Shown one piece after another: positions 17,940-27,063 of a DNA stretch of 39,752 bases; within the stretch, counting starts at the first letter, position 1, and each line of letters begins with the position of its first letter. The notes below the pieces were generated by a model that saw nothing but the letters and a program-made list of their open reading frames with translations, made no database searches and was not told where the DNA came from. Origin of the DNA: Pseudonocardiales bacterium (GTDB taxonomy: Bacteria; Actinomycetota; Actinomycetes; Mycobacteriales; Jatrophihabitantaceae); contig JAVHVB010000474.1 of assembly GCA_032160775.1 (NCBI GenBank), positions 1-39,752 on the forward strand. The letters are read 5' to 3'. The position numbers and the translations under genes were made by a program.

Positions 17940-18027
17940 GCACCGGAAACGCGTTCATCAACGACCGGTAACTACACCACCGCTTTCGACAATGGCGCTC
18001 GGCCGCAGGCCGGATAGCCTGACCGGC

Positions 18028-18804
18028 ATGGCATCGGTCGATCTCAGCTACGACGGCCCGCTCGCCGTCGTCACCCTCGACGCACCACCGCTCAACCTGT
18101 TCGACGCCGCGATGGTGACGCAGCTGCGGGCGGCGGTCGACACGGTCGCCGACGCGCGGGAGGCGCGCGGCCTGCTGATCCGGGCCAACGGACGGGCGGT
18201 GTCGGGCGGGGTCGACGTCAACCTGTTCGGAACGCTCGACCCGGCGAGCGGCACCGCGCTGTGGCGCGACTGGCTCGCAATGATCCACCGGATCGAGTCC
18301 CTCCCCTTCCCGACGGTGTTCGCCGCGCACGCGTTGTGCCTGACCGCGGCGTTCGAGATCTCGCTGGCGTGTGACTTGCTGCTCGCCGCGGAGTCGGCGA
18401 GGTTCGGACTCGTCGAGATCGTGGTGGGGTTGACGCCGTCGATGGGCGGGCCGCAACGGCTGGCCGAGCGGGCCGGCCCGGCGCGGGCCCGCGAGCTCAT
18501 CTACAGCGGCGAGCTGTATGGCGCCGCGACACTCGAGCGGTGGAACGTGGTGAACCGGGTGCTCCCCGACGACGGCTTCGCCGCCGCAGCGCACGCCTTC
18601 GCGCTGCGGCTGGCGAGCGGGCCGACCCGGGCGCACGCGGCGACGAAGGCGATCATCCGGGCGCAGCTGGCCGGCGGGACGCGCGCGGCCGATGAGGTGA
18701 CTCCGGAGATCTCCGGCGCGCTGTTCGGCACCGAGGATCTGCAGAACGCGGTCCGGTCGTTCCTCGCGGACGGGCCGGGAAAGGCGACCTACGCGGGTCG
18801 CTGA
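18028..18804 (+). CDS. Enoyl-CoA hydratase/isomerase (crotonase) family protein
   Basis: Motifs PPLNLF, SGGVDV, FEISLACDL, FGLVE..VGLTP, GGPQRL and EDLQNAVRSF; TAGCCT -10 lies 7 nt upstream of ATG. Confidence 0.9.
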   Translation: MASVDLSYDGPLAVVTLDAPPLNLFDAAMVTQLRAAVDTVADAREARGLLIRANGRAVSGGVDVNLFGTLDPASGTALWRDWLAMIHRIESLPFPTVFAAHALCLTAAFEISLACDLLLAAESARFGLVEIVVGLTPSMGGPQRLAERAGPARARELIYSGELYGAATLERWNVVNRVLPDDGFAAAAHAFALRLASGPTRAHAATKAIIRAQLAGGTRAADEVTPEISGALFGTEDLQNAVRSFLADGPGKATYAGR

Positions 18805-19172
18805 TCGCGCAGCACCGCGCGGTGCGTCGGGCGCGCGGCCTCGTAGACGGCCAGCCCGGCCGGCGTGAGTGACGCGTACACGCACCGCCGGTCGTCGGTG
18901 CACATGACCCGCTCGACAAGCGCGTCGTCCTCGAGCCGGGCGACCAGCCGGGACAGCGCACTCTGCGAGAGGTGTGCGTGTTCACCGAGCTCGTTCATCT
19001 TCAACGCGTGCTCCGGCTTGGCGTCGGCCAATCGCTCCAGGACCGCGAACTCGCTGGCGGAGATGCCGTGTTGCGACTCCAGAGTGCTGTCGAGGACGCA
19101 CGTGACCCGGTGATAGCGGCTCATCAGGTCCTGCCACGCCTGCGCAAGCTGCTCGTCGTCGCGCTTGGCCAT
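18789..19172 (-). CDS. MarR-family transcriptional regulator
   Basis: Motifs SEFAVLERL, LSQSALSRLVARLE and DDRR..YASLT..G. Confidence 0.92.
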   Translation of the reverse strand: MAKRDDEQLAQAWQDLMSRYHRVTCVLDSTLESQHGISASEFAVLERLADAKPEHALKMNELGEHAHLSQSALSRLVARLEDDALVERVMCTDDRRCVYASLTPAGLAVYEAARPTHRAVLRDQRPA

Positions 19173-19189
19173 ACCGCCGATGATACCAC

Positions 19190-19251
19190 ATGCAACGACA
19201 TCTAATGCGTATGCAAAATATGTTGCTGCAACTCATGCATCTGCATACATT
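19190..19251. promoter_or_regulatory. AT-rich MarR operator/promoter region
   Basis: Clustered TGCA-type palindromes: TGCGTATGCA, GTTGCTGCAAC (19222-19232), ATGCATCTGCAT (19235-19246), between divergent marR and MFS genes. Confidence 0.6.
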
Positions 19252-19257
19252 GGAGAA

Positions 19258-20715
19258 ATGACTTCTCCCCCCATCGCCTGGAGCCGTGCGACCTGGGCCC
19301 TGCTCGTGGTCCTCTGCGGCGCGCTGTTCCTCGACGCCCTCGACATCTCCATGATCGGCGTCGCGTTGCCGTCGATCGGCTCCGACCTGCACATGTCGCC
19401 CGGCTCGCTGCAGTGGATTGTGAGCGCGTACGTGCTCGGCTACGGCGGCCTGCTGTTGCTCGGCGGACGAGCCGCCGACCTGATCGGCCGCCGTCCGGTC
19501 TTCCTCGCAGCTGTCGCCGTATTCGGCGTCGCGTCGCTGGTGAGCGGCTTCATGAGCAACGACTCGGCGCTGATCGCGCTGCGCCTGATCAAGGGCGTCT
19601 CGGCCGCGTTCACGGTCCCCGCCGGCCTGTCCATCATCACCACCCGGTTCCCCGAAGGCGCCGAGCGCAACCGCGCGCTCAGCATCTACACCGTCTGCGG
19701 CGCGAGCGGGTTCTCCTTCGGGCTCGTGATCGGCGGCCTGCTCACCGAGCTCGGCTGGCGCGCCACGCTGCTCGCTCCGGCGCCGGTGGCGCTGCTGATC
19801 GTCCTGGCGGGCTGGCGGCTGATCCCGCACGCGGCGATCGGCCGGCTGCGGCTGCGGGAACTCGATCTCCTCGGTGCGTTCACCAGCACCGCGTCGCTGC
19901 TCGTCCTCGTCTACGCAGTCGTCGACGCGCCTAACCGCGGTTGGGGCAGCGCAACAACGATCGGTCTGCTTCTGCTCAGCGTGGCGCTGATGAGCGGGTT
20001 CGTGCTCATCGAGCGGCGGCACGCGCACCCGCTCGTCCGGCTCGGCATCCTGCGTTCGCGCCGGCTGCTGCACGCGAATCTCAGCGGCGCTGTCATGGCG
20101 GGCGGCTACTTCTCCTTCCAGTTCGTCGTCACCCTGTACGTGCAGAACTCGCTCGGCTGGTCGCCGTTGTCGATGGCGCTCGCCTTCCTGCCGGCCGGCG
20201 TGCTGGTGATGGCCAGTGCGACCCGGATGGGTGCGGTGCTGGAACGGGTGGACACGGCCAAGCTGATCTTCGGCGGGCTGTCGGCCTTCGTGGTCGCGTA
20301 CCTGCTGTTCCTGCGGGTCGAGCCGGGGATGAACTACGCCAACTTCCTGCTGCCGACGATCATCCTGCTCGGCGTCGGTTTCGGGCTGGCGTTCCCGTCC
20401 ATAAACGCCCAGGCCACGACCGGGGTCGCGCCGCACGAACAGGGCCTCGCATCGGGGCTGGTGAACACGAGCATCCAGGTCGGCGGCGCGATCGTGCTCG
20501 CCGTGGTGTCCGCGATCATCGGCAACCGCCAGGCCGCCGCGCCCGGTGAGCTGCTGCCCGGCATGGCCGCCACCATCGCGGTCGTCGTCGGGGTGTCGGT
20601 GCTCGGTTTGCTCGTCACCGGCGGCGTCCTGCTGTCGAAGTACCGCGCCGACCGGGCGCTGGTCGTCGCCGAAGCGGCAGAACCGGCCGACCTCGTCCTG
20701 TCCGAGGTTTCCTGA
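19258..20715 (+). CDS. MFS transporter, DHA2 (EmrB/QacA-like, about 14 TM)
   Basis: Motifs LDISMIGVALPSI, WIVSAYVL.YGGLLLLGGRAADLIGRR, GGLLT..GWR and ASGLVNT..QVGGA. Confidence 0.93.
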   Translation: MTSPPIAWSRATWALLVVLCGALFLDALDISMIGVALPSIGSDLHMSPGSLQWIVSAYVLGYGGLLLLGGRAADLIGRRPVFLAAVAVFGVASLVSGFMSNDSALIALRLIKGVSAAFTVPAGLSIITTRFPEGAERNRALSIYTVCGASGFSFGLVIGGLLTELGWRATLLAPAPVALLIVLAGWRLIPHAAIGRLRLRELDLLGAFTSTASLLVLVYAVVDAPNRGWGSATTIGLLLLSVALMSGFVLIERRHAHPLVRLGILRSRRLLHANLSGAVMAGGYFSFQFVVTLYVQNSLGWSPLSMALAFLPAGVLVMASATRMGAVLERVDTAKLIFGGLSAFVVAYLLFLRVEPGMNYANFLLPTIILLGVGFGLAFPSINAQATTGVAPHEQGLASGLVNTSIQVGGAIVLAVVSAIIGNRQAAAPGELLPGMAATIAVVVGVSVLGLLVTGGVLLSKYRADRALVVAEAAEPADLVLSEVS

Positions 20716-20724
20716 CCCGACCCG

Positions 20725-20949
20725 CTACCTGGCGGCGGCGCGCCAGCCGTTCGGACCGTGCAACAGCGGCCGGCGGTGCGTCGCCGCCGGGTCGGCCCAG
20801 CTGCCCCGGCGATCCCGGTCGTCCGGGGCGGCGGCCCCGCCCGCGGCCGATGCGGCCGCCACGACCGCGGTGAGTGCGGCCAGTTCTTCGGCCGTCGGCG
20901 ACCCGCTGACGACACGCAGCACGGGACGCGGAGTCCCTTCAGCATTCAC
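20725..20949 (-). CDS. accE: Acyl-CoA carboxylase epsilon subunit
   Basis: [20 protein letters not shown]...GSWADP...HGPNGW; GTGA-coupled to pccB. Confidence 0.88.
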   Translation of the reverse strand: MNAEGTPRPVLRVVSGSPTAEELAALTAVVAAASAAGGAAAPDDRDRRGSWADPAATHRRPLLHGPNGWRAAAR

Positions 20950-22547
20950 AGCGGAATGTTTCCGTGCTTCTTCGGCGGCAGCGACTCACGCTTGTTGCGC
21001 AGCATGCGCAGCGCCTTGATCACGACGGCGCGGGTCTCCGACGGTGGGATGACCGCGTCCACGTAGCCACGCTCGGCCGCCATGTAGGGGGTCAGCAGCG
21101 TGTCCTCGTACTCCTGGACGAGTTGCGCGCGCAGGCCTTCAGGGTCGTCGGTCTTCGCCAGCGCCTTGCGGTGCAGGATGTTCACCGCGCCCTGCGCCCC
21201 CATCACCGCGATCTGCGCGGTCGGCCACGCAACGTTGAAGTCTGCGCCCAGGTGTTTGGAGCCCATGACGTCGTAGGCGCCGCCGAACGCCTTGCGGGTG
21301 ATGACCGTGACCTTGGGAACGGTCGCCTCGCAGTAGGCGTAGATCAGCTTGGCGCCGCGCCGGATGATGCCGGCGTGCTCCTGGCCCACGCCGGGCAGGA
21401 AGCCGGGCACGTCGACCAGCGTCAGCACCGGCACATTGAACGCGTCGCAGGTGCGCACGAACCGCGCCGCCTTCTCCGAGGCGTCGATGTCGAGGCAGCC
21501 GGCGAAGTGCGTCGGCTGGTTGGCGACGACGCCGACCGGAAAGCCCTCGATCCGGCCGAAGCCGACAATTATGTTCTGCGCGAACAGCTCGTGGACCTCG
21601 AGGAAGTCACCGTCGTCGAGCAGGTGCGCGATGACCTCGTGCATGTCGTAGGGCGTGTTCGCCGAGTCGGGGATGAAGGTGTCGAGGAAGGCGTCGGACT
21701 CGTCGACCTCGTCGGTCACCGTCGTGTCGTACGCCGGCAACGGGTCGAGATTGTTCGACGGCAGGTACGAGAGCAGGGCCTTGACGTAGCTGATCGCGTC
21801 CTGCTCGTCGGCCCCGAGGTAGTGGGCGTTGCCGCTCTTCGTGTTGTGCGTGCGAGCGCCGCCCAGTTCCTCGAGGGTGACTTCCTCGCCGGTCACCGTC
21901 TTCACGACGTCCGGGCCGGTGATGAACATCTGCGAGGTCTGGTCGACCATGACGATGAAGTCGGTCAGCGCGGGGGAGTAGACGTGGCCGCCTGCCGCAG
22001 CGCCCATGATCAGCGAGATCTGGGGGATGACGCCCGAGGCGCGGACGGTGCGGTGGAAGATGTCGCCGTACAGGCCGAGCGAGACGACGCCCTCCTGGAT
22101 GCGCGCGCCGCCGCCCTCGTTGATGCCGACAACGGGACAGCCCACCTTCATCGCGAAGTCGAGGACCTTGACGATCTTCTCGCCGTACACCTCGCCGAGC
22201 GCGCCGCCGAACACCGTGACGTCCTGGCTGAACACGCACACGGGGCGGCCGTCGACGGTGCCGTAACCGGTGACCACGCCGTCACCGAAGGGCCGGTTCT
22301 TGTCCATGCCGAAGTTCGTCGAGCGGTGTCGCGCGAACTCGTCCAGCTCGATGAAGGACCCCTCGTCGAGCAACGCGTGCACCCGCTCGCGGGCCGTCAT
22401 CTTGCCCTTGGCGTGCTGCTTCTCGACCGCGCGCTCCGAGCCGGCGTGCACCGCCTCGTCGTAGCGCCGCTCGAGGTCGGCGAGCTTTCCGGCGGTCGTG
22501 TGCGGATCGAGCTCGAGACCGTCAGCGCCCACCGGATCAACCACCAT
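20946..22547 (-). CDS. pccB: Propionyl-CoA carboxylase beta subunit (AccD5/PccB)
   Basis: Motifs [55 protein letters not shown] and KKHGNIPL. Start set at ATG 22547, with TAGGCT 8 nt upstream. Confidence 0.96.
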   Translation of the reverse strand: MVVDPVGADGLELDPHTTAGKLADLERRYDEAVHAGSERAVEKQHAKGKMTARERVHALLDEGSFIELDEFARHRSTNFGMDKNRPFGDGVVTGYGTVDGRPVCVFSQDVTVFGGALGEVYGEKIVKVLDFAMKVGCPVVGINEGGGARIQEGVVSLGLYGDIFHRTVRASGVIPQISLIMGAAAGGHVYSPALTDFIVMVDQTSQMFITGPDVVKTVTGEEVTLEELGGARTHNTKSGNAHYLGADEQDAISYVKALLSYLPSNNLDPLPAYDTTVTDEVDESDAFLDTFIPDSANTPYDMHEVIAHLLDDGDFLEVHELFAQNIIVGFGRIEGFPVGVVANQPTHFAGCLDIDASEKAARFVRTCDAFNVPVLTLVDVPGFLPGVGQEHAGIIRRGAKLIYAYCEATVPKVTVITRKAFGGAYDVMGSKHLGADFNVAWPTAQIAVMGAQGAVNILHRKALAKTDDPEGLRAQLVQEYEDTLLTPYMAAERGYVDAVIPPSETRAVVIKALRMLRNKRESLPPKKHGNIPL

Positions 22548-22590
22548 GGAAGAGCAGCCTAATCGGGGGCCGATCCGTAGGGTTAGCTGC

Positions 22591-23373
22591 ATGGAGCGTG
22601 CTGCGCTCGATGTCACCGCGCTGCGCGCGGCCTTGGCCGCCCGGTGGGCGCGCGTGGAGGTCGTCCCGTCCACCGAATCCACCAACGCCGACCTGCTTGC
22701 CGACGCGTCCGCGCCGGACCGCAGCGTGCTCGTCGCGGAGCACCAGGTTGCCGGCCGTGGACGCTTCGACCGGTCGTGGACCTCGCCGGCGCGCGCCGGG
22801 CTCACCTTTTCCGCGCTGTTGCGGCCCGAGCTGCCGAGGCCCGAATGGGGCTGGCTGCCGCTGCTCGCTGGGGTCGCCGTCGCCGAGGCGGTGCAGGAGG
22901 TCACGCGGCTGGCACCGGGTCTGAAGTGGCCGAACGATCTGCTGGCCGCGGACGGGCGCAAGCTCGCCGGCATTTTGGCCCAGACGGCCGGGTCGGCGGT
23001 CGTCGTGGGCGTCGGGCTCAACGTGGACACCGCCGAGGCGGAACTTCCGGTGGACACGGCGACCTCGCTGATGCTCGCCGGTGCCGCGTCCGTCGATCGG
23101 ACGGCCCTGCTCGTGGCGATCCTGCGCCGGTTGGACGCGCGGTACGCCCAGTGGATCGACTGCGGCGGGGACGCCGGCGCCTGCGGGCTCGCCGCGGCCT
23201 ACCGGGAGGCCTGCACCACGCTGGGCCGCCCCGTGCAGGTCCGGCTGGCCGAGCACGAACTCGTCGACGGGGTGGCGACCGACGTGGACAGCCTCGGCCG
23301 GTTGGTGCTGCAGACCGCCGACGGGGAGCTCTCGGTCGTCGCCGGCGACGTCGAACACGTCCGATCTGCCTGA
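22591..23373 (+). CDS. birA: Biotin--[acetyl-CoA carboxylase] ligase (no N-terminal HTH)
   Basis: Motifs [38 protein letters not shown] and AGDV.H. Confidence 0.95.
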   Translation: MERAALDVTALRAALAARWARVEVVPSTESTNADLLADASAPDRSVLVAEHQVAGRGRFDRSWTSPARAGLTFSALLRPELPRPEWGWLPLLAGVAVAEAVQEVTRLAPGLKWPNDLLAADGRKLAGILAQTAGSAVVVGVGLNVDTAEAELPVDTATSLMLAGAASVDRTALLVAILRRLDARYAQWIDCGGDAGACGLAAAYREACTTLGRPVQVRLAEHELVDGVATDVDSLGRLVLQTADGELSVVAGDVEHVRSA

Positions 23374-23427
23374 CGGACGGCCCCGGAACCGATAGCCTCC
23401 CGGTGGATATCGGTCTAGGAGGCTGGC

Positions 23428-24036
23428 GTGGCGTACCCCGACAAGATCCTCGCGAACGACGAGAAGCTCGTCGAACACCTGCACCCGTCGTGGATCACGC
23501 TGGTGCCGGCGACCCTGTGGTTCATCGTGATCTGCGCCGCGGCCGGCGCCGGCATCGCGTTCGCGCCGGACAACGGCACCGGACGCACGGTGGTCATCAT
23601 TGCGATCATCGTCGTGGGCTTCCTCCTGCTGTGCTGGCTGGCGTTCACGCCGTGGATCCAGTGGCGCACCACGCACTACGTGTTCACCACGCACCGGGTG
23701 CTGATCCGGCGTGGCGTGCTGCACCGCACCGGCCGGGACATCTCGCTCCAGCGGATCAGCGACGTCGCGTTCAGCCAGTCCCTGTGGGACCGGATGGTGC
23801 GGGCCGGGTCGGTCACCATCGAGTCGGCCGGTGAGCAGGGCCAGGAGATTCTCGAGAACATCCCGCGCTCCGACGACGTCCAGCAGATGATCAACCGGCT
23901 GGTCGAGGAGGACAGCGGGCGCCGTTCACGCCAGGCCTACGGAACCGGCTTCCAGCAGGGGCCTGAGGGCGGTTACCAGCAGGGACCGGGCGGCGGTCAG
24001 CACCCGCCGACCCAGCAGTACCCGCCGCAGGCCTGA
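23428..24036 (+). CDS. Membrane protein with bacterial PH domain (bPH_2)
   Basis: Two TM helices, then WRTTHYVFTTHRVLIRRGVL...I.L.RI.DV.F...G...IESA. AGGAGG SD; usual position downstream of birA. Confidence 0.88.
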   Translation: MAYPDKILANDEKLVEHLHPSWITLVPATLWFIVICAAAGAGIAFAPDNGTGRTVVIIAIIVVGFLLLCWLAFTPWIQWRTTHYVFTTHRVLIRRGVLHRTGRDISLQRISDVAFSQSLWDRMVRAGSVTIESAGEQGQEILENIPRSDDVQQMINRLVEEDSGRRSRQAYGTGFQQGPEGGYQQGPGGGQHPPTQQYPPQA

Positions 24037-24042
24037 ACCCGC

Positions 24043-24606
24043 CTACCGCACTCGGTAGGCGAGCAGCAGGCTGCCACTGGGTGTCGATGCCGCGCTCAAC
24101 AGCTCGAGTCGCCGGATCTCGTCCGCCGGCGTGAACAGCCGGCGGCCTGCGAAGCCGACGGCGGGGGCGACGACCAGCCGCAGCTCGTCGACCAGCCCGG
24201 CCGCGAGCAGCGATTGAGCCAGCTGGATGCTGCCGTGCACGCCGATGTCGCCGCCGGGCCGGGCCTTCAGGTCACGGACCAGGTCTTCGGGCGGGCCGGC
24301 GACCGCCTCGGCGTTGTGCCACGGCCGGGACAGCGGCGAGGACGTGACGACGTACTTGCGCACGTTGTTGATGAAGTCTGCGAACGGCTGGTCGGCGACG
24401 TCGGGCCAGAACCCGGACCATTCGTCGTACATGCCCCGGCCCAGCACCACGGCGTCCTGGGTGCTGACGATCTCTGCCTCGTTGTCGTCCATCACGGCGT
24501 CGAACTCGGGGGGCTGGTTCGGCCTGTCGTCCGGAGTGAAGTACTGCGCGGGGTCGTCGACCGCGCCGTCGAGCGACATCAACGTGTAGAGCACGACCTT
24601 GCGCAT
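24043..24606 (-). CDS. Dihydrofolate reductase-like (RibD C-terminal domain) protein
   Basis: Motifs MSLDG, LGRGMY, KYVVTS, GGDIGVHGSIQLAQSLLAAGLVDELRL and GRRLF. Confidence 0.9.
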   Translation of the reverse strand: MRKVVLYTLMSLDGAVDDPAQYFTPDDRPNQPPEFDAVMDDNEAEIVSTQDAVVLGRGMYDEWSGFWPDVADQPFADFINNVRKYVVTSSPLSRPWHNAEAVAGPPEDLVRDLKARPGGDIGVHGSIQLAQSLLAAGLVDELRLVVAPAVGFAGRRLFTPADEIRRLELLSAASTPSGSLLLAYRVR

Positions 24607-24665
24607 GTGGCGGCCTTCCTACCGGCTGTTCCGTCGATTTCTCAGCCTAGGGAGCGTCCTCCAAC

Positions 24666-24734
24666 AAGTGGTGAGTTGTTCCCGTCGGCGGGCACAATTC
24701 ACCACTTTCGGCCGCTAGGGACCGCGATCGCGGT
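24666..24734. terminator. Long hairpin plus palindrome (terminator or REP-like)
   Basis: AAGTGGTGAGTTGT...ACAATTCACCACTT (24666-24707) with inner CCCG/CGGG; perfect palindrome ACCGCGATCGCGGT (24721-24734). Confidence 0.55.
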
Positions 24735-24926
24735 TCAGTCGGTGAGGTCGAGGCGGCGCAGCGCGTCGGGGTCGTCCTCGTCCACGGTGCAACCGTTCCG
24801 ACAGTCCAGGGCGGCGAGGTGGATACGGGGTTCTCCTACCCGGCCCGTCGGTTCCGGCCATACGTGCACCACGGCACCATCGCGACCGCAAACCGGGCAA
24901 TCAACCGCGAGCGGGACTGTGTCCAC
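24735..24926 (-). CDS. Small Cys-rich protein (63 aa), putative zinc ribbon
   Basis: CPVC...CRNGC; purine-rich GGGAGAG/AGGTGA upstream; GC-rich third positions. Confidence 0.55.
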   Translation of the reverse strand: MDTVPLAVDCPVCGRDGAVVHVWPEPTGRVGEPRIHLAALDCRNGCTVDEDDPDALRRLDLTD

Positions 24927-25049
24927 ACTTCACCTGCGCTCTCCCGCACAAGATCGTTACAGCGGTCGCGAGGTTTCGGCATACCGCAAGGTATGCAGGC
25001 TAGCCGAATGGCGACACGGCGGAAAATCGGAGGCGCCGCCACCTTCGGT

Positions 25050-25574
25050 TCAGGACAGGTCGACGCCGCAGCTGCGTTTTGCGTCAGCAGCCACTGCGCT
25101 CACTGCCTTGCGCACAGCTGCGGCGTCGACCGTTTTCACCTTCGACGAATCGCCACCTGATTCGACGAAGGTGATCACCGCGGGACCCAGCACTTGCCAC
25201 GATCCGGCAATCGAGGCAGGTGCAACGGCCTCGAGCTCGGCCAGGAAGGCCCGAGTCGAAGTCAACAGTGCTGGGTCGTTCGCGGTGACGCCTGGAAGGA
25301 TCGACCGGCCCGCTGCGATGGTCTGGCGGAGCATGCCGCAGTAGTCGGTCGGTGAGGCGGACAGCCCGGCTGATCCCGCCTCGGGATGGTTCGTGTCGAG
25401 CGTGCTGCCGACCCGGTGCGCGCTGTTCGACCACCACCGCGTGGCGATCAGCGCGGACGAGAACGACTGCTCGCCCACCGACACGGTGCCGCCGTCGGCG
25501 GCGCCGCCACCGGTGCACGCAGTGGCGACCGGCGCCATCGACAGCGCTGCACAGATTGCGACGATCCGACGCAT
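25050..25574 (-). CDS. Putative lipoprotein, last gene of the pil cluster
   Basis: MRR + hydrophobic stretch + VATAC lipobox-like site and G-rich linker; 9 nt downstream of pilO. Confidence 0.7.
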   Translation of the reverse strand: MRRIVAICAALSMAPVATACTGGGAADGGTVSVGEQSFSSALIATRWWSNSAHRVGSTLDTNHPEAGSAGLSASPTDYCGMLRQTIAAGRSILPGVTANDPALLTSTRAFLAELEAVAPASIAGSWQVLGPAVITFVESGGDSSKVKTVDAAAVRKAVSAVAADAKRSCGVDLS

Positions 25575-25583
25575 GGCGATGCG

Positions 25584-26345
25584 CTACTTCCCGGCCGAGG
25601 CAGACAGCGCGGCGCCCTCGTCCGGGGTCGTCGGCACGACGAACGCCTGCATCGTCAGACTCAAGGTGAAGGCACCGCTCGACGCCGTGGCGCCGCTTTC
25701 CGCGGCCGCCCCGCCCGAGAGTCCGAGCTGGCTGATCAGCACGGCCCGCGGTTGCACCGCCTGCAGCTGGTCCAGGAACTTCGACAGCGCCGCGGCCGAT
25801 CCGCTCACCGTCGCGTTGATCGGCAGCGCGTAGGCACTCGGCGCCACGATCACCGCCGGCGCGGTCTCCGGCGTTGCCCCGGCGCTCGCGGTGGGCTGCG
25901 CCGCGACGACCGGAGTCACCGCGATCGGCTGACCGACGGTGAGTGCTGTGACGTCAGTCAGCGTCGCGTTCCCGAGGCTCTGCAGGGTGCGCAGGAAGTC
26001 GGAGATGCCGCTCGTCGAAGGCAGCGCCTGTTGCAGCGCCTGCAGTTCCGCCTGGTACTTGCCGAGGTTCTGATTCTGCTCACGCAGGGCGTCGAGGCGC
26101 GCCTGCAGCACGATGTTCTGCTGCTGGACGGTCGCGGCCCGGCCAACCACATCGGCGGTGTTCGACCGCTGCGGGCTGACGAAGAAGAAGTAGCCGATGA
26201 GCAGCATCACGAACGCGATCAGACCGCCGGCGACGAGCCAGAGCCGCTCGATCTGGGACCGCGGCACGGTGTTCTCGCGCTTGGGGAGAGTGGGCATCTT
26301 CACGAGCCTCGGCAGCGACGGCCTGGTCAGGGTGGGGGCGGGCAT
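25584..26345 (-). CDS. pilO: Type IV pilus alignment protein PilO-like
   Basis: One TM (GYFFFVSPQ), coiled coil, ALPS....DFLRTLQ and V.GS...L..FL..LQ....RAVLI. Follows pilN; AGGAGG SD. Confidence 0.85.
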   Translation of the reverse strand: MPAPTLTRPSLPRLVKMPTLPKRENTVPRSQIERLWLVAGGLIAFVMLLIGYFFFVSPQRSNTADVVGRAATVQQQNIVLQARLDALREQNQNLGKYQAELQALQQALPSTSGISDFLRTLQSLGNATLTDVTALTVGQPIAVTPVVAAQPTASAGATPETAPAVIVAPSAYALPINATVSGSAAALSKFLDQLQAVQPRAVLISQLGLSGGAAAESGATASSGAFTLSLTMQAFVVPTTPDEGAALSASAGK

Positions 26346-26346
26346 G

Positions 26347-27063
26347 TCAGTTCCCTCCTGTCGCGACCGACGCGTCGGTGGCGTACCTGCCGCCGAGTGC
26401 ATCGGTCGTGATGACGGCGGTAATGGTGAACGTGACCGGCCGGCTGCTCGCCTGCACCGCGGAGATCAGCGGAGCGGTCACACCCTTGATCCGGCTCAAC
26501 GCGTCGGCGTAGGCCGCAACGGTTCGCTTGTCCGGCGCGTTGCCCGTGATGCTGAGCTGGCCGATGGAGGCGCTCCCGGTCTGGTTGAGCACGTCGCTCT
26601 CCGAGACAGTGCCCACCGATCCCGGCGTGACGGTGCCGGTGATCGACTCGACCGCGACGCCGGCCGGTGCCTTGTCGCGCAGGGTCGTGAGCATCGTCTT
26701 CCACGACAGGTCACCGACCATCAGCAGCTCAAGCTGGGAGCGGGTGTCGGCGATCTGGGTCTGTGCCTGCACCAGTGGGGTGAACTGGGCCTGCTGGCTC
26801 TGCAGGGCGAGACCCTGCCGCTGCAGATCGGCGAGATCGCTGTTGGCCGTCCGGGTGTGCCACCACGACAGGCCGTACCAGCCGATCAGCGCGACCAGCA
26901 CGACGACCAACCCGAGCAAGACCTGCTTGCGAACCACGACGACCTGCCGGGCGCTGAGCACCTCGTCCGGCATGAGGTTCGCGCGGATCGGCACGAAGCG
27001 GACCTCGCCGCTCACCTGCCGAGCCGGCGCGGGGGACGGGGGGATGAGGGTGGTGGCCATCAT
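26347..27063 (-). CDS. pilN: Type IV pilus alignment protein PilN
   Basis: N-terminal ANLMP (the INLLP PilM-binding motif), TM, coiled coil, DLSW..ML and ITG.A; ATGA-coupled to pilM. Confidence 0.88.
   Translation of the reverse strand: MMATTLIPPSPAPARQVSGEVRFVPIRANLMPDEVLSARQVVVVRKQVLLGLVVVLVALIGWYGLSWWHTRTANSDLADLQRQGLALQSQQAQFTPLVQAQTQIADTRSQLELLMVGDLSWKTMLTTLRDKAPAGVAVESITGTVTPGSVGTVSESDVLNQTGSASIGQLSITGNAPDKRTVAAYADALSRIKGVTAPLISAVQASSRPVTFTITAVITTDALGGRYATDASVATGGN

Noticed and set aside
23945-24033. QQGP repeats in the PH-protein tail
   Set aside because: Short low-complexity tail typical of these proteins; not a distinct element.
24960-25020. c-di-GMP-I riboswitch call for the GNRA hairpin
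   Set aside because: It lacks the GGCAAA...GACGCAAAGC conserved core; kept only as an unassigned structure.
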